A stretch of 63,894 nucleotides of DNA, counting the filler, from Squatina squatina (lineage: Eukaryota), in assembly GCA_031763465.1 (NCBI GenBank). It is 4 parts of 4 records of this genome, joined end to end, with 100 filler letters (N's around TTAATTAATTAA, not from the genome) between each part and the next. Parts side by side here need not be neighbours in the genome. Positions count along the whole stretch, not along the records: positions 50,232 to 63,894 come from JARFOE010000056.1; 3 more parts are not named here. The stretch is one strand, 5' to 3'. Below, in pieces: positions 58,424 through 63,894 of this stretch (the first letter of the stretch is position 1; each line of letters opens with the position of its first letter). A model generated the notes under the pieces. It was not told the origin of the DNA and did no database searches. It saw only the letters and a program-made list of their open reading frames with translations. A program made the position numbers and the translations under genes.

Positions 58424-61221
58424 GTACGTTCATTATTTAGCCTTGATTTCAGCTGTGGATCCTTGATTTTCACCCCTTTCTTAAGTCTTTATGGCACTGT
58501 TTCTACAGGGTCCTTTAGCATAACCTTTATTTTAAATTTACACTTCTGGGGTAATAAAGGGGAAAAAATACTCCCTTTCTCTCCTCCAAAATCCATTCTG
58601 TATTTCCATGTCGAGTGGGTTGGTATAATGAAAGCTATGAATGTCAAAACAAATTCTCGACGATGTGCAGTTTTCCCCTGCCTGGACTAGCAAATCTTTC
58701 TCTCTAGGGGAAACCTGGATGCTGAACGACCGACAAGAATTTAACTTTGAACTGTAGTCTCCAAGCTGAAAGTTTCAAGCTCTGGCTTTGGAAATTCCTA
58801 AGTGATCGCCCCAGGTTTTCTCTCCCTCTCCAGTTAGTTTCACATGAACATTGCCAACCCCACCAGTAGTTTGTCCAAGTAGCCATCCTTAATCTGTGGG
58901 TCTGGACAATGAAGCTTGCTTTTACAGGTGGCATCACAGCTGAGTGCGGTCCTCTCCCGCCCTATGTCCGTGACTTTCTTAGATCATGATCAGAAAGGAG
59001 AGCCCTGTGTGCTTTTTTTTTTGCCCCTTCTAAACCCACAGCTCTGAGGCCAGTTATCCATTAGTCTAATTGTGACTTTTCTGTCTGTAGCTGTTGCAAG
59101 AATCAGAAGTATGGGGTGAGAGATACAATGAGCTTACTGAACATATTAAATTAGGTGCGAAGTCTCAGAAGGATATGCGGGAAGTTCTTGCAAGTAAAGA
59201 GAATGAGGTGAAGGTAAGACTGTGTATCTGTGAAATAAAATAATAGTGCAAATGTATCAATACTCAAAAATGTTCAGTTTTAAATTTCTTTACTTACAGT
59301 CTCTGACAGACTACCTTCTAAAGATGAAATTGTGGAATCCAGTTGAAGAGGATAATCCTGCAGAAGGTAATATCTGGGATAAAATTGATATTAAAACTGA
59401 AAATGGAGAGCGCTCGGGTAGTGAATTAGTGACTTAATATTAAAACAAGTATCTTTATTTTGTTTTTGAACATTACCTCTTCAATCAGACCTCATCTGAA
59501 TAGCCATGTCTTATTCAGCATAAGTCTGGGAAGAGGCAGTATGTAAATAGTGTATGTAAAAGTGCTGGTGAACCCAGTACTTGTTGACCGACACAGTAAC
59601 TAGTTGGTACAGCAATCAACAGTGTTTTTGACTCATTTGCACATTAAACAAACTACTAGACACATAGTTATAATTTTAGACTGGAAAATATAATGCTGAG
59701 GTTTTGTGTACCATACCAGGAGATACAATTTATAAATACTGGCACATTAAACATTTAAAACAGAAGTTGAGCAACCATCAGGGCCTGAGAGTCTCCATTC
59801 CGAACTTCTGCAAACAAGCTGGTTAAAGAGCCAAGTTCATTAGGATTGGTTAATTGAACAGATGAAGTCTTCAGGGTGTGGAACAGTGCAAAGTGTAAAT
59901 GTGTGGAAATCAACAAGACATAAATTAGTATGAGCTGACACTATTCAGATTTGGATAACTAGGTATTAATTCCAATACAGTTATAATGGAGAAAACCTGA
60001 AGGAGGGAAAAAAAGGGGGGGGGGGGAAATTGTGCAGTTGGTCCTGCAACTACAAAATGATGGAGCACTAGCAGGATTGCACAGAGATGCTACCAAGCTG
60101 ATATACCTTCTTACGGTTGCAGTACATAATATGATCTTATTCTAGAGAATCGCCTTAAACAGTTAAAGGTTGGCTGTTCTTGGGCTATGAATGATGTTTG
60201 TAACATTGTTCTGTCTGTTCAGAAGACTCTCAGGTACTAAACCCCAGCCCATCCAGATATACTGAAGGTTGCCCCTTCTCAAATCATGAATTAATAATTG
60301 TGCAATAGTTTTATTTCTCCTGGCAGCATTATTGGCTTACAGCATCAATGAATAAGTTTGTTTATTTTCAGAAAAGTGAAGCTTCTATTAACTTCCTGAA
60401 GTTACCAAATTCCTTCCTGCGTAGGTTCCTGAATAGATTACTTCTGTAGGGTGAGGTCATACCATTCATATTTTTTTGAACACTGTCCTGAGTTCTCATT
60501 AAAAGGACATGGAAAAGGTGATTCTGGTGAAGTAGCTGCTAATAATTTGTCACACATATGCTTTGTATGTGTGTTCTTGTATTGTGACTACTCACTGTTT
60601 CCAAGAAGTTTGGTGTTGAACTTCATGTCTCTTATTATGTATCCTAAGTTTCAGAGTCTGACAAAGCCTGCCTCTTTGTCTAAAAAGTCTTTTTTTTTAT
60701 GCATGTATCAGAAATATCGGAAGAACGACAGAAGCAAAAAATTGAAAAATTGATTTATGTTGCTAAGGTAAGTTACATGGCACAGTTTACAAGCATAATC
60801 TCCATGCATCTGCTTTCGTAGTTTCTAAAAAGAAAATTCTGGGCAGAATTCTATCCTTTAGAAGCTCCACTTAATGTCGCAAGCCTGTTCTGATCAGCAG
60901 TATAATAACTTATTCTAATGCCTTGTTGCTCACTCTGCTGGAGAGAAGGTGATGCAAGGGGTAAACAGAATAACAGGTGGCACCAACTAGTTTACTGTTT
61001 CTCCAGCATACTGCATTTTGCACAAATACACGGGGTGCTGCCGCACTGCTGCGTCCATTTTTTTTATTAAGCAATAAAACAAAAAAATAATCCTCAGCAT
61101 GGCAGGGCTGATTCTTTATTTCCATTTTAATTATAAAGCGCTTTTAACATAGAAAAATATCTCAGATGCTTTGCGAGGCATAATCAGACAAAAAAGGAAG
61201 CCAAGCTAAAGAAGGAGCAAA

Positions 61222-61572
61222 ACTGTGGCAAATGGAGTTCAATGTGAGGTCATGCACTTTGGACCCAAGAAAGACAGATCAAAGTATTTTCTAAATGGTT
61301 GCAAGCTAGGAATCGTAGAGGAGCAGGGAGATTTAGGGGGCATTTACAGAGATCACAAAGTTAACTGACTGGTACAAAAAATAATTTAAAAGGCTGATGG
61401 AAAGTTGGCCTTCACCTTGAGGGGGATCAAATACAAAGGTGTGGAGGTAATGCTACATTTGTATAAAGCTGTGGTTTGATTGCATCTGGAGTAGAGTGTT
61501 TAGTTCTGGGCACCACACCTCCAAAAGGATATATCGACCTTGGAGCAGGTGCAGTGCAGATTCACCAAAATA
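61222..61572 (+). mobile_element. Degenerate CR1-type LINE ORF2 fragment
   Basis: TGGCAAATGGAGTTCAATGTG..GAGCAGGGAGATTTAGGGG..TTCTGGGCACCACACC; parallels 17250-17509. Confidence 0.75.
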
Positions 61573-62421
61573 CTAAAGAGTTTTTTTTGTTTCGCTTTTT
61601 ATTTATTCATTAATGGGATGTGGCCATCACTGGAAAGACTAGCATTTATTGCCCATCCCTAATTGCTCTCGAGAAGGTGATGGTGAGCAATGTTCCGGCT
61701 AAACTGCACGGCCGCACAGGAGTCTGGAGGTCCCACACAGGCTGCTCACCGGCTTTTACATGAATGAAACCACGCATGCACGAAAATCTGAATGGACCGC
61801 GCAGCCAGTTAAAGGGACTAGCACAAAAAAAATTAGAGGGAACATTGGTGGTGAGCCGCTGTCTTAAACCGCTGCAATCCGTGTGGTGAAGGTACTCCCA
61901 TAGTGCTGTCGGGGAGGTAGTCCCAGGAACTTGACCCAGTCACTATTAACAAATGGCAATATATTTCCAAGTCAGGATGGTGGGTGACTTGGAGGTGCTG
62001 GTGTTCCCATGCGCCTGTTGCCCTTGCCCTTCTAGATGGTAGNNNNNNNNNNNNNNNNNNNNNNNNNNNNNNNNNNNNNNNNNNNNNNNNNNNNNNNNNN
62101 NNNNNNNNNNNNNNNNNNNNNNNNNNNNNNNNNNNNNNNNNNCTCCACTCCCCCACGGCCTACATGCGAAGGTTCATGTGTAAAAAGATTAAAATAAAAT
62201 AAATTAAAAAAAAAAAAGAAATGGGCAGTTGGATGAGGTTCTGGAATGCTCCTGATGCCTGTGGAACCTTATGCCAGCAAGAAGCCATTTACTCTAATAG
62301 GAGAGCAGTAAAGGGAAAAAATTTGGCTGAAGAAGAGGGGTGGGGAGGGAGGAACCTTCCAAAGATCATTAACAGTCAACGGCCAGGTCTGTTTCTATTG
62401 TCAATTTGAGGCTGCCGGGAA

Positions 62422-62800
62422 CTTGGCTCAGTTGGTAACATTCTGGCCTCTGAATCAGAAGTATGTGATTCTAGTCCACTCGATGACTTGAGTACTTATC
62501 TCGGGGCAATACTGCTACAATATCAGAGGCACTGTCCTTCAGATGAGATGCTAAACTTGAGACCTCATCTGTTCTAGTGTTTCAGGTGGATGTTAAAGAT
62601 CCCTTGCCACTCTTCAAAGAAGAGAAAAGAATTCTTCCAGTGGTCTGGCCAATATTCCCCTCTCAACTAGTGACACAAAAGCCGATTAACTGGTTATTCA
62701 TATCTGTGCTGTGAAAAGTAGCTGACGTGTTTGCCTACATTAGTTCCTGCACATCAAGGTAATTTAATTCATTGTATGTGAAGCACTCTGAGACAATTAA
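62422..62800 (+). mobile_element. Older diverged DeuSINE copy
   Basis: TGGCTCAGTTGGTA head; CAGATGAGATGCTAAAC..GGTGGATGTTAAAGATCCC..TCAAAGAAGAG..TGGCCAATATT. Confidence 0.6.
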
Positions 62801-63894
62801 ATAGATATACTAGGTCCTGATCACCTATCGCCCCCTGTCCTTGTTATCTGCATTGGCTCCAGGTTCCCCAATCCCCATTTTAAAATTCTCATTTTGTGTT
62901 CATCTCACCTCTGTGGTCTTGCCCACCCACCAGCTCCTGCAAACTCTGTTCCTGTAAATGTTACTTTTTGTACATCCTACTCCCCCACCCACCCCTCCCT
63001 TCACCTACCATTGGTGGCCATGTCTCCAGTTGTCTAGACCCCATGCTCTGGAATTTCCACCCTAAATCTCTCCAGCTTCCTCTCCTTATTTAAGACCCTC
63101 CTTAAAACCCACCCCTGACCGAGCTTTTGGTTGTCCCTCCTAATAAAAAAAGATCTTCTATTTATATAAAGAGAAAGACTTGCATTTATATGGCGCCTTT
63201 CACAATCACCAGATGTCTCAAAACGTTTTACAACCAATTAAGTACTTTTGGAGTGTAGGCACTGTTGTAATGTAGCACCTCCATGATATTGGGACATCCC
63301 AATGTGCTTTAAGTACTTTTGAAGCATTGTTACTGTTGTAAATATATAAATATCTCCTTTAACTTGGCATCAGTTTTGTCTGACTATGCCTCTATAAAGC
63401 ACTTTGGGACTTTTTCTACATTAATAGCACAACACAACTGCAAATTGCTAGAATAAATGCAAGTCTGTGCCATGCAGGCGCATGGGAGCACCATCGCCTG
63501 CAAGTTCTCTTCCAAGTCGCACGCCATCCTAACTTGGAAATATATCGCTGGTCCTTTATCGTCACTGGGTCAAAATCCTGGAACTCCCTCCCTTCACCAC
63601 ATGGACTGCAGCGGTTTAAGAGGCTTCTCCAGGGCAACTCGGGATGGGGAATAAATGCTGACCTTGCTAGTGACGCCCATATCCTAGAACGATTTATTTT
63701 TTTAAACGGTAAACTCCTAACCTCACTGACTGTCCAGCTGAGATTGGGAAAGAAAACTAAAATGTCCTCCTGCTCAGTAACTTGACATGTTCGCACAATA
63801 AGATGGTGTGGCACAGGGTCGCTGTGAAACATTCTAGCTGATCTTGTATTCCCTCCTACCTATCTCGTTTCCCGCCCCCCCCCCCCACCTGCCA

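Noticed and set aside
58424-58690. Extended MED20 ORF with a novel hydrophobic C-terminus
   Set aside because: Read-through past the canonical donor GAG|GTACGT into the intron

Overview
Eukaryotic vertebrate DNA, most likely a cartilaginous fish (shark-type SINEs and LINEs, colipase, ORA2). It is not a prokaryotic locus. The window is four draft scaffolds joined by an artificial linker (44 N + TTAATTAATTAA + 44 N at 19456-19555, 34529-34628 and 50132-50231), and there are many internal 100-N gaps, so adjacency across gaps is uncertain. Segment 1 (1-19455) holds exons of ICAM/VCAM-like adhesion genes (one Ig exon, two different TM/cytoplasmic terminal exons, an ICAM D1 exon and its decayed partial duplicate) and a split S1PR5-like GPCR. 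Segment 2 (19556-34528) holds the last exon of UNCX in repeat-poor, putatively regulatory DNA. Segment 3 (34629-50131) holds a V1R-type ORA2 receptor, truncated by the scaffold end, and a complete 3-exon colipase gene. Segment 4 (50232-63894) holds the last four exons of BYSL and one MED20 exon on the opposite strand. The best leads are: a cluster of repeated homeodomain+Ebf-like composite motifs upstream of ORA2; a 40-bp minisatellite apparently born from the BYSL stop-codon region; two phase-compatible alternative ICAM tails; the interrupted S1PR5; a 12-aa repeat in UNCX; and a Penelope-type minimal hammerhead motif. Gene calls rest on manual translation and recalled family motifs; no searches were run.
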